Shown piece by piece: positions 28,231-43,300 of a stretch of 64,000 bases of DNA (its first letter is position 1; every line of letters starts with the position of its first letter). Source of the DNA: Hydrolagus affinis (taxonomy: Eukaryota); NCBI GenBank assembly GCA_012026655.1, contig JAAILG010000178.1:1-64000 (forward strand), read 5' to 3'. A program made the translations under genes and the position numbers. The notes under the pieces were generated by a model. That model was given only the letters and a program-made list of their open reading frames with translations, had not been told where the DNA came from and made no database searches.

Positions 28231-31200
28231 TGTTCTGGGTTTTATTTGAGGGAGAAAGGTGGAAGGGGCAAGAGGGGTGGAGTGACGGGGATGGGGAGAA
28301 GAGTAGAGATTAAGAACATAATTCAATCCTGAATTGATAAACCGCAAGTCTATATAACAGACCAGAACTCAGCTAATGTTTAAATCCTGGTGGCACAATT
28401 TCCCAAGGAGAAACTTACATACATGTCACCCAAGTAGGCCAAAGGCATCACTGTAACGTGACTTACATCTCATGCCTGACTGACAGGTGGACTGTTGCCC
28501 AAAACTGACAGGATGCCACTAAATATCATGTAAACACGAGCTGGAAAAGTGTTATTAAGCACACACGCTGGCAGATATGGGAAGTGCTGAAAGTGGATTC
28601 CTCTTCATGAACTTTGCAAGGTGCACAAATTAGCCATGAGAATTTTGTTTTGACATTGCCCACATCTGGGGAAGGTCACATGCAGTTTAAAAGAGAAACA
28701 CATTTCATGCTCACTAAATGGATGCTACTCCGCTGACTTTGGGTGTGAAGGCTGTGTTTTTGGTGATAACCAATTACAGTACTAAGTAATTTCATAAACC
28801 TTCTGCGCCGAGAAGACTTATGCTTCGTAGCACTTCACTGCTTCTTGTGACATAATGGAAAAATAAACCTTGCAATTAGTTTACACTGCAATGAGAATGC
28901 TCTTTCTACGAGTGAGAAGGATAATATGCGCAGGAAACTAAAATTCTCCTACAAAGCTGAAATCATTTTGTCTTGGCACTGTTTCGTTCTGTTACAGTAG
29001 ACTTTGTCAATTTTGCTACTGGCAGACATGTCTGCAAGAGTTGGAAAAGAAACAGTCAGTTCAAAATATGGACAACCATCCCCATCTGAAATGTTAAAAG
29101 GCAATTTTCAATCTGACGATTTAAAATATATTAAACGGTGGGGGCGCCATTTAGATGTTTCAAGTGGCTGCATGTATGTCTGTTAGGTCTGATACCTAAT
29201 TTCATGTTTTGTTTATTCTGAGGGGATCGCTTCCCAATAATCCTGTCAATGAATGGTAACAAAGCCACCTTTGTAAGGTAGCTTTTTAGTTTTCAGCATT
29301 TGGGTTTGTAGGGGGTCCAGATAATGGTCAGCAGCTGGCAGTTTGTTAAACAAAGAGATTAGAGCTCAAGGAATGGAAGTATAAAGGCCTGGCGTTATCT
29401 ATATTCCTGTGATGTGCTTGCTGAAAGCATAAATCATTTTCAGCTAAGAAAGCAACCTTCATGTCTAAAGGTATCCACCCACCAGTATTATTTTTAAAAT
29501 GGTGCAGTCCTGAAACTAAGCAGATTGTGTGAAACATTCCTAAAGTTACTCGGTGTTCACTGACTTTCTGCTTTCTGCCACTCTTAGCACATATTTAGGG
29601 TCCAAAATTATGTGTGGGCCTAATAGATGATTCTGTAATCCTTTTCATTGTTTAATTATATAATTTAAGGCACCTGCATACCTTTCATTATGGCTAGCTC
29701 ATGGGCTATTATCACAACCCACCTTTTAGATCAAAATAGTTATTTTCTTCCACTTAATTACATGAGAAATTGCACTCACTTACTAGGACCCAAACCAGAT
29801 ATTGGGCAGGAGGCAAGACCATGACTTTACTGCTGAAGAAAACTCTTTAGAAACCTTAATATCTGGCAAAATAAAATGTAGCATTGGTTTTAGAAACACA
29901 CACATATTTTGGGTGTACAATAAAATGAAAAAAAAAATTTGCCATTAATTCCTGACCAAGTGAAGCAACAACAGCAACAAAAAAAGATTACATTTGTATA
30001 GCGCCTTTCACATCGGGAGGACGTTCCAAGGCGTTGAAAGCTGAACAGGTGAGGACCCACCCCCACCCAAGTGGCAATTACTTTACTGATTGGTTTAAGG
30101 AGACTTGAAAATGCAGTGTTTTCATACTGTTTTCATAACCTTGAGCGTCATGATATCATTGCCAATGTGCATCTATCATCAGTCATAAGTGAAAAATATT
30201 TTCGCACTTGTGACAACTCCTCAGCCAAACACGGTAATTATTTTAATCCAAGGGTATGATTTACCTCCCTTGTGTTTAGGCGCAAAGGTTTATGTACACG
30301 AAGGATTCCCCCATTCTAAATTCCAACCTTACATTTTCAAATGCAGCCACAAAATAGTGGATTAAACATCCTTAAGTACTCAAGCTTACCACACCGAACA
30401 AGAAGTCTGAAACGACACATAAATAATGCATCTTCTTTTTCCCGTTTTTAAACATTTCCACCCCCCTACACACACACACACTATTCCACTTCCATTTCCT
30501 CCAAGCCATTCACAATTTCCTTTTAATCTTGTTATCTCTATACTGCAGCCCTGTCACACTTTGTGAGTTTCCATACCCACAGTAAGCAAGGCCTCGTCGC
30601 AGATCAAGTATGTTCAGGTTTCCATTGATTCCGAGTACTTTGTATAGCTGATACTTTAGTCCTGCATCATTTTCAGCTAAAGCCGTATTATAATTATAAT
30701 TCTGTTGTCACTAACAGTCCAGATTCGTAACTGACACATATGAAGTAAATAATTACTGTGGGAGATGGCCATATCGGCTATCTGACACATTTGATTCCTG
30801 ATAAATGCATACAAAGCTAGCTTGCCAAGCTTTTTCATGCTTGATTAGGAAATCTGTAAATTGTAGGCAGAAATTGCTAAGAGACATCAAAAAAACACAC
30901 TGATAAAAAAAAACGTGATTGAAGTTCTAAAATGTTTTTGCCGTTTCAAGGTGAAAATTGCCATTCAATGAAGCACAATTAGTATGCTGAGGATTAAGCA
31001 CAGTTTTATGATCTCCCTTAAAATTTATGTTTGCAACATCCTACTTTTCTCTCAAATTGCTCTATCTATGCTAGAGTAACTGGTTTATCCTCTGACTTTT
31101 ATTACACCAGCTCTAGGGTTCCCCAGAGCTCTATTCCCTCTCCTAGTCCTTCTCCAGATCAATGTTTTCCTTAAAATATTCTTTTAAAAATAATTAAGTG

Positions 31201-31787
31201 GTCACTAATTAAACAATTCTGACATTAACGCACGATTGTTGTCTTTGGAAGTTCTGTAAAAGCTCTGTACTTTGGAAAACATTAAGGACGGTCTATCCGT
31301 TAATTTACAGTATCATTATCTCTCATCATGTTTAGCTTTATATCTGCACTACCTTTTTTAAATACATAAAGAAATATACAAATTAGGCATAATCATAATT
31401 AGCCATTTACTGCCAGGCTGCTTGTGGGAGATTGCTTTGGATGAATTGGCTGCAGTGTTTGCCGACAAAATACACTGTCACTACACTTGAAACCAAATTC
31501 TGTGAAATACTGTACTTGGAGAAACAATTCCTGTGATAATAAATACACAGGACACAAAACTATAGGAAAGAAGAATCAATCGTACATTGGTATAAAAATC
31601 TCCATTTTATCTCCATACTTTCAGCCATCAGACCCCGAAACTCTTCCTCTATCCCTTCCCTTTGCCCCCTCCTTCCCCATCTTCAGAACGTGATTGAAGA
31701 ACTTCCTCTTCATTCGCCACTGTCAAGCGGTCAAGGTTGCTACCCTGCATGAGGGGTGTGTGCTATATAACTGCTTTATTAGTCGTT

Positions 31788-32230
31788 TACCTCATCTATC
31801 TACTGGGGACACTACAGCCGTCTGGCCTCAACATTGATTTCAGCCATTTCAGGCCATAGGAGTTCCCCCCCACCCATCACAATCATAACTCCAGACACCC
31901 CTTGCCTCTCTGGTGTTTTGTTTGTTCTATCACCACTAAACACCTCTTCTCCCCAGTTTTGTTTAAACCCACCTCCTTCTGTTTCTCCCCCTGAAGTCAT
32001 TAACACATATTCAACCCATCAGTTAACACACTCTTTTTTCCTTTTCCTTTGTCTTCTTTGTCTCCTTTGTCTTCCATGTCCTGCCTCTCCCCCTTTAACA
32101 TCCTTAAGAAATCTCTCTCCAAACAAGCCCCAGTTCCGACGAAGGGTTGTAGACCCGAAAAGTTGACTCTTTTTCCTTTCTCCATGGATGCTGCCTAACC
32201 TGCTGAGTTTCCCCAGCAACTTTTGTAGTT
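31788..32230 (+). mobile_element. Penelope-like element 3' fragment with degenerate hammerhead motif
   Basis: 31788-31859 reads YLIYLLGTLQPSGLNIDFSHFRP*, the typical end of a PLE GIY-YIG domain. It is followed by a pyrimidine-rich UTR and pLTR sequence ccgacgaagggttgtagacccgaaa...gatgctgcctaacctgctgagtttccccagca. Confidence 0.8.
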
Positions 32231-35200
32231 GTTTATCTGTTGTTTATCAGGAAAGTCAAATACAGCTGTCCCCTTATACACATCAAATATGTTTACTATA
32301 GACGCATAAACTGAAACTGGATAAATGTTCCCACATAACATCTAAAAAAAATGAAATCATCAACAGAAAGAAATGCAAACCCCTTACAATCTTCAGATAT
32401 TGAATCTACAGTTTATCATAACCTGGCAATGAGTCTCAAAAACTGTCGAATTATTCTAATTACAATATAGTATTATCATTTAAGGCTACCTCGTAACCCC
32501 TTTTCATGTAAAAAGTTTGAAGTTTTGAAATCCAAACTGCGTGTTCAATGTGGTTCTATTATTAGAAACCATAATGGGAGGTTTTGTTTGCATTGGAATC
32601 AGGGACAGATGAATGAGGAACTGGGGCTAATGAATAAAAAGCAGTTAAGTCATTTTGGTGATTGCGAGACTTCAAGAGGGAATAGAAAAAATTGTTCCAA
32701 TCGGATTCTTTCTGTAGCCACATATATCTCAGCACCTACTAATCACAGCATTACGAGGATTAGAAAGCTATTAGCTATCTGCCTGGAACAGTTAAGAAGG
32801 AAATTTAATGGCAGCAATAAGGCTATATACCCATAGCTGTAATTTTGCTCAATGTTGCAATTACTTTAGATGATGTGCTAATATTCATTATTACACTAAA
32901 ACAGATTTAAGTACTGTGCCAACAAATTGTTTTTGATATAAAACCTTCTTTAATCAAGTGTTTTTTCTTACATTAACATCATTAAGATCTGTGCTTTTAC
33001 CTTATGTAGATTATTTTCTTTTTCCTAAAGGATTTTGTTTTGGAACACATGACATTGAATGTATACATGGCACCATTGATACACTGAGAAACAGTGAATA
33101 ATTTACACTATTCTTTTATGCAGAGTTTTAAATGACTGCTAATATTGTTAGGAGCTCGATACAATAAGGTTGGTCCTGGTTCTTCTTTTTAACTGAGTTA
33201 ATAGGAAAATGTTCATGACAGGTGCAGTTGATAATGTGGTAAATACCTGCATGATAACAGGAACAGCAAGAACGAGTCCAGGACTTTGAGCTTGAAATTA
33301 TGAGGAAAGCCTTAAAGATCTGAGGCTATTCTCGTTGGTCAAACAGGAAATAGTGACTATTCCAGAGCTTTGGAATGAAGCGAAACTTTTTGACTTGAAC
33401 AGTGAGAGCAGGATTAAAAAGTATCAATAGAGAAATGGATAAAAATCAATTGATGCTGATTCCACTAACTCTTTCACAAAACGATTGGATAAGCATCACT
33501 CAAGAATATTATTGGAGGATGTAGCCTTAGGTGCAGATCAAAATCATTATAATCCTTGCATTTTGTAATAGCACCTTTCACATTGTCGAGATGGGATTTT
33601 ACTGTGAACAGTGAAGTCTGTGGCAGAGTAGGGTTTAAGTGGCAAGTGAAGGACAGACCTTGACAGTCTGAATGATCTTTTCCACTTCAATACTTTATTA
33701 GCAAAATTCCAATGTAAGGAACCTAAGTGCTTTGTGACGTCGATAAGATGTGAAAAGCGCTGTATCAAATGCAAGGGTTATTATTATTATTATTTGATTC
33801 AGGAATATGATAACTGGATCAGCAATCAAACATTAGGCTGTACTTACAGTTTTAAAACGGACTTTTGTTTTTTACACATTGTGTTTCAAAGGATCGAGTT
33901 TCCTTTAGATCTTATCTTCCATATTTTCCCATTCAAGCAACAAAGTAGGCACTGCAAAAATACTTCACCTGAACAAAAGAGTTGAAGCGGTTTATTACTG
34001 TGCACCTGCATAGGTCATCAACATTGGCTGAGCTACTTTGAACATTTTTCTATTAGTTCAGTTAAAACATGAAACAGGGCGACGATAATGGCCTTTCTAT
34101 CCCCTTGTTATGTATAAGGGTCGAACCTTGCCCCTTGTAGAACCACAGAACACCTGGTAAACATAATGTGTGAACTGGGTGTTTTCTGATTCAATGGATA
34201 TCACCAGCTCATCTTTAACTCTAATTATTATTATCTTCACAATCACATCTGTCTTCAGGTTGTGCAGATCAGTAGGCCCAGATCCCTTCATCCAAGGCAT
34301 CAATTGATTACCTTGTGAAGATTGTTGTCTTTTGTATTCAGAAAAAAAATGTTGCTTCTTACACAATTATAATAGTGTTACTCTTCGACTTGCCAAATTG
34401 AGGTTACTGCCTTTAATGCATCACTTGTGAACCTTATCTGCCCCCATCATAAATGAAGCTCTGCCACACATTATTTAAGTCAGCCATAGAAATGATCCTG
34501 TGTTCAACAAACTCCCAACCATTACTTATTACATGTGCGAGACAGGTGAGACTTCAACAAAGCACAAACAACAAGAACAACAAGTGACACTTGTATAGTG
34601 CCTTTCATATCAGGAGGAGGAACAAAGGTACTGAAATCAATATCAATAGCTAAATATTGTAATATTCGAGGATATTAATAGAGATTGTGGAGATCGACTT
34701 TCATGTACTAATGGACATAGTGCTTAGCATAATCCTACAAATATAGTGGTTATCTTTCAATACTTAAGGTGATATAGTGGTAAATTATTTTTAAATAACA
34801 GGTCGGAGAATGAAATACCAGTGTTATAGTTTGTTAAAAGAGATTTTTCTATGATTTCCATGTTTGTGGACTGAGGAGAAACTCACAGCCACTGGCAGGA
34901 GTTAACTAAGATCTGCCAGGTTTGTCAGATGTGCCCAGTTTATCAGATGTTCCCAGTTTGTCATAGTCTCAAATGTGCCCCACTGCGTCAACATTGCCAT
35001 CTGTACAAAACATTCCAGCTGTGTACAGTACACCAACTGTGTTTCACACAAAGCTGTTTACTCTTTGTGATGTATATTTATCTTCAATCTAACTACATGT
35101 GTTGGAAAGTGCCAGACTAAGGCATATGTATTTTAAACTGTGTCCACAAATTTCTATTCTATTTGTACAGAGACTCCGGGTGATAACATGAGTTGCCATT

Positions 35201-37099
35201 GCCTTATTCATTTTGGCATTGAGCCACACGTATAAAATAGCCAAGATTATATTACAACACAATATAATTGACACTTATACAGCACCTTTCACGTTGGCTG
35301 GATGTCACAAAACGTTTCATAGTACTGCCTGGGCACCCAAGCCGGAGAGGGGGGGATATATGATCAACACACTTTTTATTTAAAATCTAAAGTCGCTATT
35401 AAACTGGCAATTCTCATCTAGCAAAGATGTGATACTCATCTGCTGCTACTCAACTACCATTCACAAATATGGTTCTGTAAACTTTGTGGCAACGGGCAAA
35501 CCACAAGTATACTAGAACATCAGTCAGTTGATTAGACAGCAAGCTAGAATATGGAAGTGAGAGATTACAGGGGAGAAAACAGGAAACCCAAATGAAATTC
35601 TTCTGGTTCCAAACGCAGCGACGTATAAGTTTCTAATAAGAAAACAAGAGTGAGTTTGAATTTGCTAACTTTCTAAACAAAACAGGGCATGAATTTAATG
35701 CACTCGTTATGTTGTGCGTTATTTTCTTCCATTTTCTCCCCTCTCCTGGAGGCACTTGATTGATTTTCTTTCTCCTGGGAGTGTGCTTTCCACAGGCACC
35801 TTTGCCCAAGTGGCCATTGTTCACGTGCGAGTTCTGACAGCGAGTCTTGGCAGGTTACTCGAATTAGCCCATGGGCACCGAGGCTAATTGCATCACCCCT
35901 GGTGCCTGAACCAGCTGAGATCATTTCTAACTGAGCACAAAGCAAGGATCTAACCCGAGCTCAGCTGCTCCCTGAATCAACCCATTCAAGATTAAATGAG
36001 TTCTTATTTTAATAAAATGAAATAAAATAATGTTGTTTTTAACCTGCAAAATTCAGTTTTAGTTTTACAGAATTTGAACACACTTTTTGGGTATATTATG
36101 TACACCATTATATATCGCAAAATCAGCACTTAAAATCTGGTGTGATTTTTATTATTATTATTAAAGTCAATTCAATTTGCAGTATATTCTGCGAAGTGCT
36201 TTGAGATGTCTTGAAGACGTGATAAGGGAGCTATGTCAAATGTAAGGATTATTATTTTTTCATTCTTTCCTGAGAACATGTCTGAGATGGTTTGACAAAC
36301 GCACCCAGTCTCTTGATGCCTGATCCACAAGCTGGACAGTATTAAAGTGCCCAATGCTAAACAGATAGAACATGAGCCGAGGTAACGGAATGCCTATTCA
36401 AGCATATTCAGTTGCTATGTGCAGCAGGTAATGGTCCATTCAAAATTCTTGTCAGGAAGCTGTGGGAAACCTGGACATGCGAAGACTTCCTTACCTTCAC
36501 TGCAGGTGACACAATGAAGAATTGCAAAACAGTATGTGAAAGACCAGAATCATGGATCTACTATCAGTCACCTAAATTGAACGCTAAATTCAATACAAGA
36601 GAATGTGCTGGGGATGAGGTAGAATAGTTCCAGTTGAACAATAATGAGCGGTTCTTTGGCTTTAGTAATGATGAGTGTTTGTTTCTTAACAGCAGTAGAT
36701 CAATGCATACCCTGCATTTTGGATTCTGTTTAGTTTTGTACAGTACTTCACTGTATTGGCTATTTAACTGGCGTTAAAAGAAGTTAAAGGACCAGATTAT
36801 AGTAATAGTTAAAGTTGCCTGAAGGTGACAAAGTCTAGATTGTATCAAGAAGATCCTAAAATGTGTTAATTTACTGTGTGGTTTTGTGTTTTTGCACTTC
36901 GTTCAATTACTGAATTAGTTTTCAACCCAACAGGCTAATTTGCCAAATGGACAAGAGACCGGATGAAAATTTATGCCATTGAACAATGATGTTCATTTTG
37001 ACATAAACTGAATCCAACTGTTGTTTATCCTTTACTTCCTAACTTTAAATAATCCATGAAATTGATGAAGAATTGATGATGGAAACACACTCCTCGCGG

Positions 37100-37330
37100 G
37101 TCTCCCCAGCTGCACTATTCAAAAAGTCCAGCTCATTCAGAACTCCGCAGCCCGCCTACTTACCTGGACCAAATTCCCAACCTCCATCTCACCAGTTCTG
37201 GCCAGGCCCCACTGGCTCCCCATCACTGAACGGATCGATTTCAACATCCTCACACCCGTATTCAAAACATCTCCCTCCCTGGCACCTCCCTACCTCTCCG
37301 ACCTCCTCGCTTCCCAATCCACCAATCCAT
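37100..37330 (+). mobile_element. L2-clade LINE ORF2 fragment
   Basis: Frameshifted QLIQNSAARLLT...HL...VLARPHWLPITERIDFNILT...LAPPYLSDLL motif. Confidence 0.75.
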
Positions 37331-40300
37331 AAACAAATCATATCATTTTGTAAACTTAGTAGGGGGTTCCCTTGCTGTTTACAACACAGCTTGCATCTGC
37401 CCATCAGCAGTAAGTGCAAAGAGCAGTTAATTTTGAAGCACTGCTTTCTTATATATAAAAAATATTAATGGTTGTTGTCTTTTTTGTGAGCTACATTATC
37501 TCATTACAGTCTTTGCTATAAAAGCACTTCACCCCACTTCAAACACAGATTTTATAAAACCTTAAAATGGTTTTGCAATGTGCAATAATGACATGGTTGA
37601 GCATTTCAAATTGTGTTAAATTTCAGAATGTATTTTAAGGGGTGGAATTTCGCTTTAGGTGGATGATGAATGGCTCATACTTTATTTATGTTTCATAAAG
37701 CAAAAGCTAACAGTAGGAATAGAAATAGTACATCTTTGCAAGGTGTAAGCCAGTCCAACACATTTTCCTTCAAGCACATGCAGTTCCACAAAGTTTAAGA
37801 TAAGATGAAACTGCACATGTAATTAGTTATTTTCGTATGATCAAACAGCACTTTGTGTATAACACTTGTAAATGTTGTCTTGAAGATTAGAGTTAAAGTT
37901 GGAGATGCCATGAAACAGTTACTGCTTTAAAACTCACCAGTTGTTCAGTGGAACCTTTTGGCAGAAGTTCAGTTTAATATGTTTATATGATAAGTGGCAA
38001 GAGAGTCAAGGATACTTTACACTGATGTAAACAGATATCGAGCTCGTCAGTGTATTCGGGCTGAAAAGAATGTGCTATGAAGCAGCTTTAATGGATCTTC
38101 CTGCTTTGAAACAAGAATAAGGCAAGTGCTTTTTTATTTTTGGGGTCTGAGTTTATGAATTTACAAGTTTTCTATTCTAAGAGAAACACCTTTGGTTTGA
38201 CTGGATCTAGTCACTAATTGTTTTTAAAGCCATCCAGTGTTATTCAGGGGAAAAGTTTCCATTGTTTGTTCAACTTCAGTATTTGGTTCTTAATTGGCAG
38301 CCACCACATTTTATTTATACATTGGTCCTATCTAGGTTAGCGATAATGGATTGAAGTGAATATTCAAAACTAAATATTAATTGCGGTTGATCTAAAACGT
38401 TGCTCACCATTTATGGTTAATATTTTTGCATGTCTGGTTTTTAGTTGCTGCTCCCAGACTCCCAGCTCACTCGAGACCACCCGTTTGAAATGAACAGCAC
38501 TGTGTTTTGTCAGTGCTTCCCTTTTATTGATACCGTATCTAGACTTGCAATAGAGATCTAATATCTGCATTTTCAGAGGAATTGGAACAAGGGCGGAGAA
38601 GTGAGCAATATCCATAAAAGTGTATGAAATTGCCATGAACCACTATATTAAGTCTGCAATTACTTTGAGGGGAAACATGAGTGAATTAGTAGTGAAGAGC
38701 AGCTAAAGCTCTGAGGAGGAAACAGACTTTCGAGGATAAAGGGCTGAAGCGACAAATATTCCCAAAAGTTCCCTACAATGAAATCCAGTTCACAGTTTTC
38801 AGCAAAATATCAGAAATTGTATACACATGTACTAAAAATGTGCATATATAATGCATTTTTTTTTACAGAATTCAGTTAATGTATGAAAGCAATTATTCAA
38901 TATTTGGCATAAAGGGCCAGACACAATTGGTACAATAAAGACTGTGGACATAAATGAGCCCTTCATGACGGGAAGGAAAAATAATTACTTTTGCGATTGT
39001 TGAGGTCGATAAAATTATCAAACCATAGAAAAACTAGCTCATGCAATAACGGCATACACAACATGTTTTCTATGGGAAAGCTGAGCGAGAAGGCAGAAAA
39101 AAACATGAAGCTTGGGGAGAACTGTATGCTTGGCAAAGTTTTAGATAAACACTGCAGTAGAATGTATCTTATTTTGATTGTATAAACACCAATCATTTCT
39201 GTTGTATTGAGAACACATTTATTTTCTATCCAAACATGTGTACCAAAAATAGGAAGCTATGTGCAGGTTTCATTGATTGGAGGATGGAATGAGATGAGAA
39301 GAGATGATTTGCAAACTTATACCAGAATATGTTTGCATGAGATTTGGTCACAAAATAACAATTCAGATTTTTTCAATATATACTTGCAGTAGGGGTTATA
39401 TGCTTTGTTATATACTTGCAGCAGGGGTTTTCTGACTGATGTCTAGTACTGTATTCAAAAGATCTTCTACAGTTTCCAAGTGCACCTTGGACATCCCTCA
39501 AGTCCCAGATCTATTCATAAAAACGCATGGAAAATTTTCTGTAGTCAAACACGACTAAGTGATTTGCAAATTCCTCCATTTGGAAAAGGCAAAGTTGCAG
39601 GAATTGTAAGGTTTGTGGACCAATTTCTATAGCGCTCGAACCAGCAAATTGGAATTGCAGAACTGCGTCAGCAAATAGTTCTTGCAAATTAAACAAACCC
39701 TTATACTGCATTTTCTGTGGCAATACAAGTACAGGGTGAGCAAAAAGACATCAAAACAATTTAATGTCGAATAGTTTTTAAAGGAATTTTTTTTAGATAC
39801 AGTAATTAGTTTGATGAAAAAATCAAGACTTTTTGGTCACCCTGCATTGGGACATCTTCCCAACATGAAAGGCGCTATACAAATATAATTTTGTTGTTGT
39901 TGTTGTTGTTGTATTAAGCCCAAGCTAATCACACTATTCCCATGCTCTTGAGATCAGTATGAGGAACCGTTTGATTGTTGTTGTAGGATAACTGTAATAG
40001 GTGTAAACCAAGTCCTCAACAGTTCATCAAAGAATCTTGGATGGTTTGATGCACGACCTAGAATAATTCAGGGCCTTAAATACTACATTTAAGAGGTGAA
40101 TAGTCGTTGAAGATTACTCAGAAGTAGAAACATATTGTTTGAGTTCTTATTACTGTGGATGCCACTTTAGATTGTTTTCTTGGAAGAGTTTGAAATAGTA
40201 ACTATGTATTCAAAGTCAAATGATAAGAACAAAGAGTTTGTAATTTGTTCATGAAACAGAGAAAGAGCGACCTTTACAGCTTCTTTTAGCTGAACCTTTA

Positions 40301-43300
40301 ATGCTTATCTCAAGTGGCACAATGCCAATCTTTGGGATTCTGTTTCCTTACCAGCTGAGAGTATAATTCAATGACATTTTGGTTTTACAGAATCTCTGGC
40401 AACTGAACGCAGAGAAGGTTGGAATTCCACCAAAGTGTTTTCGAAACAAGCCTAATTTGCTGGAGATTATGAGAAGCTACCCACGCTCATGATGAACAAC
40501 AGGTAAGGAGAGGGATAGGGGGGTGGGGGGGAGGGGGGTGGGAGTATTGGCAGTCAAACTACCATCCTGTTTGTATAGAGCGGATATAGTACTTAATAAA
40601 GATGGGAATACATTTAAACTCCCTGCCTCTCTCTCTCTCTATGATCTTTTGTTGAACTTAGGTCAAACTATTTTTACTTTTGAATATTATTATTCAACTT
40701 GAGTGCTTATCTCAGGGTTTGTTGAATCACTGTGAACTACAGACTATTCCTGCACAATTCAGAGGGAACTTGTACATATCACAACACACAAAACATTACT
40801 TTTAGTTTTGCCAATTAAAAAAAACATTAAAAAATGTACGGCAACACATTTTGCTCCCTAATCGTGGCTGATGTGTTGATTTTAGTTGCATTTCCATCTC
40901 TGGGGAAAGTAAATTCCCTTTACATAAACGAACAAACAATTTGACAGAAGGATCTTAAAGTTCTGGGGTCTGTGGTAGGTTAGCAACACTACTTACTGGT
41001 TTTACAAATTGAAAACCAGAAGAAGCTAACAATACGCTGATTTGGTATGTTGAACCTTTGGTTAAACCCACTATTCAATCATACTTTCAGGGCTAAAAGA
41101 TTTTCCAAGAAACACTTTCAAACCATTGTAGCAGCGTCTGTTAATCCACTTTTGCAACCATCTCCCTGATTTTATAAGGTATAAATAAGCAGAGAAAACT
41201 TCTACTCTTTCGCAAAGTTGATGCTCATGTGTTTTCTGGTCCATGTCCAACCAACCCTTTAGTCTAAAATGTGTTGTACTTCAGTTTTATTTTCCTGGGA
41301 AAGGATTTGTGAGAGACAGTGGCCAACCAAAACACTTCACTATTCTAAAGTTTGCCTTTTAAAGAATAAGCAGCAACATTGATTCAAATTGTTCATCTTT
41401 ATTAGGCATTGATGCAGCCTGACTGAAGTTTATAATTGGCATTGACTTTTCACAAATACCTTTCATGTGGTCATGAATGTTTAGCGCACGAAGAGTTCAT
41501 GTGCAAACTATTTTAACCTTTTCATTGCCAAACACAGCTCTTTTGCACAACATCTTCAAACGTAACTTCTGTAATTTTTATAAGCAATGGTAAAATACAG
41601 TCAGTAGTCAGAAGGAAGGATGGAAATGCTTGGAAAGATAAGAGTCTGACATCAGTAAATGTGATGCTCATCTCAAACAATAATACAGTAGATTGCAAAT
41701 GCTACATATACAACCATTCTGGTAGTTCTTGTTTCAAAGTGATTTAATCTGCAAATAGATTGCCCTGAAACTTAGACTGTCCAGTGCCTTGGGATGTCCT
41801 CCCAACGTGAAAGGTGCGATACAAATCTAATGTTGTTGTTGTTTACCAAACGCTAGTTAATATAGAAAATATGGAAATATAAAATATATTTTTTTAAATA
41901 GAAAATTATAGAAAATAATTGTACATTCACACAGTTGTGCCCTAAAGAAGTTGTTTATTTAACATTTCAAATTATTTAACATTCATTGCAAAAACATTTT
42001 TTCCATTAGTGGCAATAAGGTGGATTTGTTTGGTGCATCAAGTATAATGCAGTAAACAAATGACTGATGGTACTTTCTGTAAGGCTGTTAATGTTGTGAG
42101 CGTGCATTGGAATTCAGTGTTGTACTATGCAAGTATGCAGGCAAAAATAAGAAAATGTTTGGGGCTGATTAGATTCATGCCTCAAAGGAAATTTGCCAGC
42201 ATGATTTCTGATGTGCCAATCCTATGAGGGCAAATGATTTGAGAAAGCCCAGCATCTGAGAAAGCAAAAAGATAAAGAGAATGAGAATCCAGGCAATTAC
42301 TGGACTGACTGAATCGGATGATTTCATATCATTATTTGTCATCCTGAATTAAACATTAGCTTCAGAGTAATAAATGTTGGTAACTGTGACTGTAATTCTG
42401 CCATGAGGACAAAATTAGAAATAATAGTTGAATACTTCCCACACTCCTTCACTTTTCTGTTTATATTACTGTATCTGCTTTTGAATAAAACCCATTTAAT
42501 CACTCCTGAATTGCTTACAAATACACAGTCACCACATTTGATAGTGAGTCCCTGTGTAGCAGATTTAAATGTTTAATGTTAAAGGCGCTATATCAAAGGC
42601 CAAGATTTTTTTCCCTCCCCCTAAATTGTTCAAGATTCAAGCCTTTCATTTACTTTACTTTGATTTCCTCCATTGCTGCTCAAACCAAGTCAAGTTTAAA
42701 ACATCGGAAGTCAAGGGATAAGATGTTAAAAGTGGACGGAAAGAGGGAAAAAGAAAATTGCCAGTTGAATGAGAAGGTGATTAAAGGTTTAACTCTTAAC
42801 CTCAAATTGGTTTTCACTTTTATATACTGTATTTACTTTCCTAATCGGCAAGCAATTCACAACAAAGAGCAATGTTTGTTTGCACTTATTTGTTCAATTT
42901 AGGTGAAAATGTGCAAAGTGTAAATGTGACATTTATGTTTATTTTGATAGTGGAAAGAATCACCTGGTAACTAAATTGTGCTACAAAATTGCCGAGATGA
43001 TATTCTGCGAGATCATGTTGAAAGTGTATGCAATACACTGTTTAAATAACTGAAGATCTCTCTCTATCAGCTAGCCAGTCATCACCAGTCAGCAGTCTGG
43101 CTTATTGGGGACATATGTTCAATATTGCAGTGACTTCACCACCCTGATACTTTAACCCCACTGAGAAGGATTCAATCTTTTATACAGTGCAATTGCTGTT
43201 GGCTGGACACCAAGTGTCAGGTGTAGGAAAGAATGCTCTGGTATTGTAAATAATTTACACAGTGATATCACATTAAATCCTACCGACTTTCCAGGGTAGA

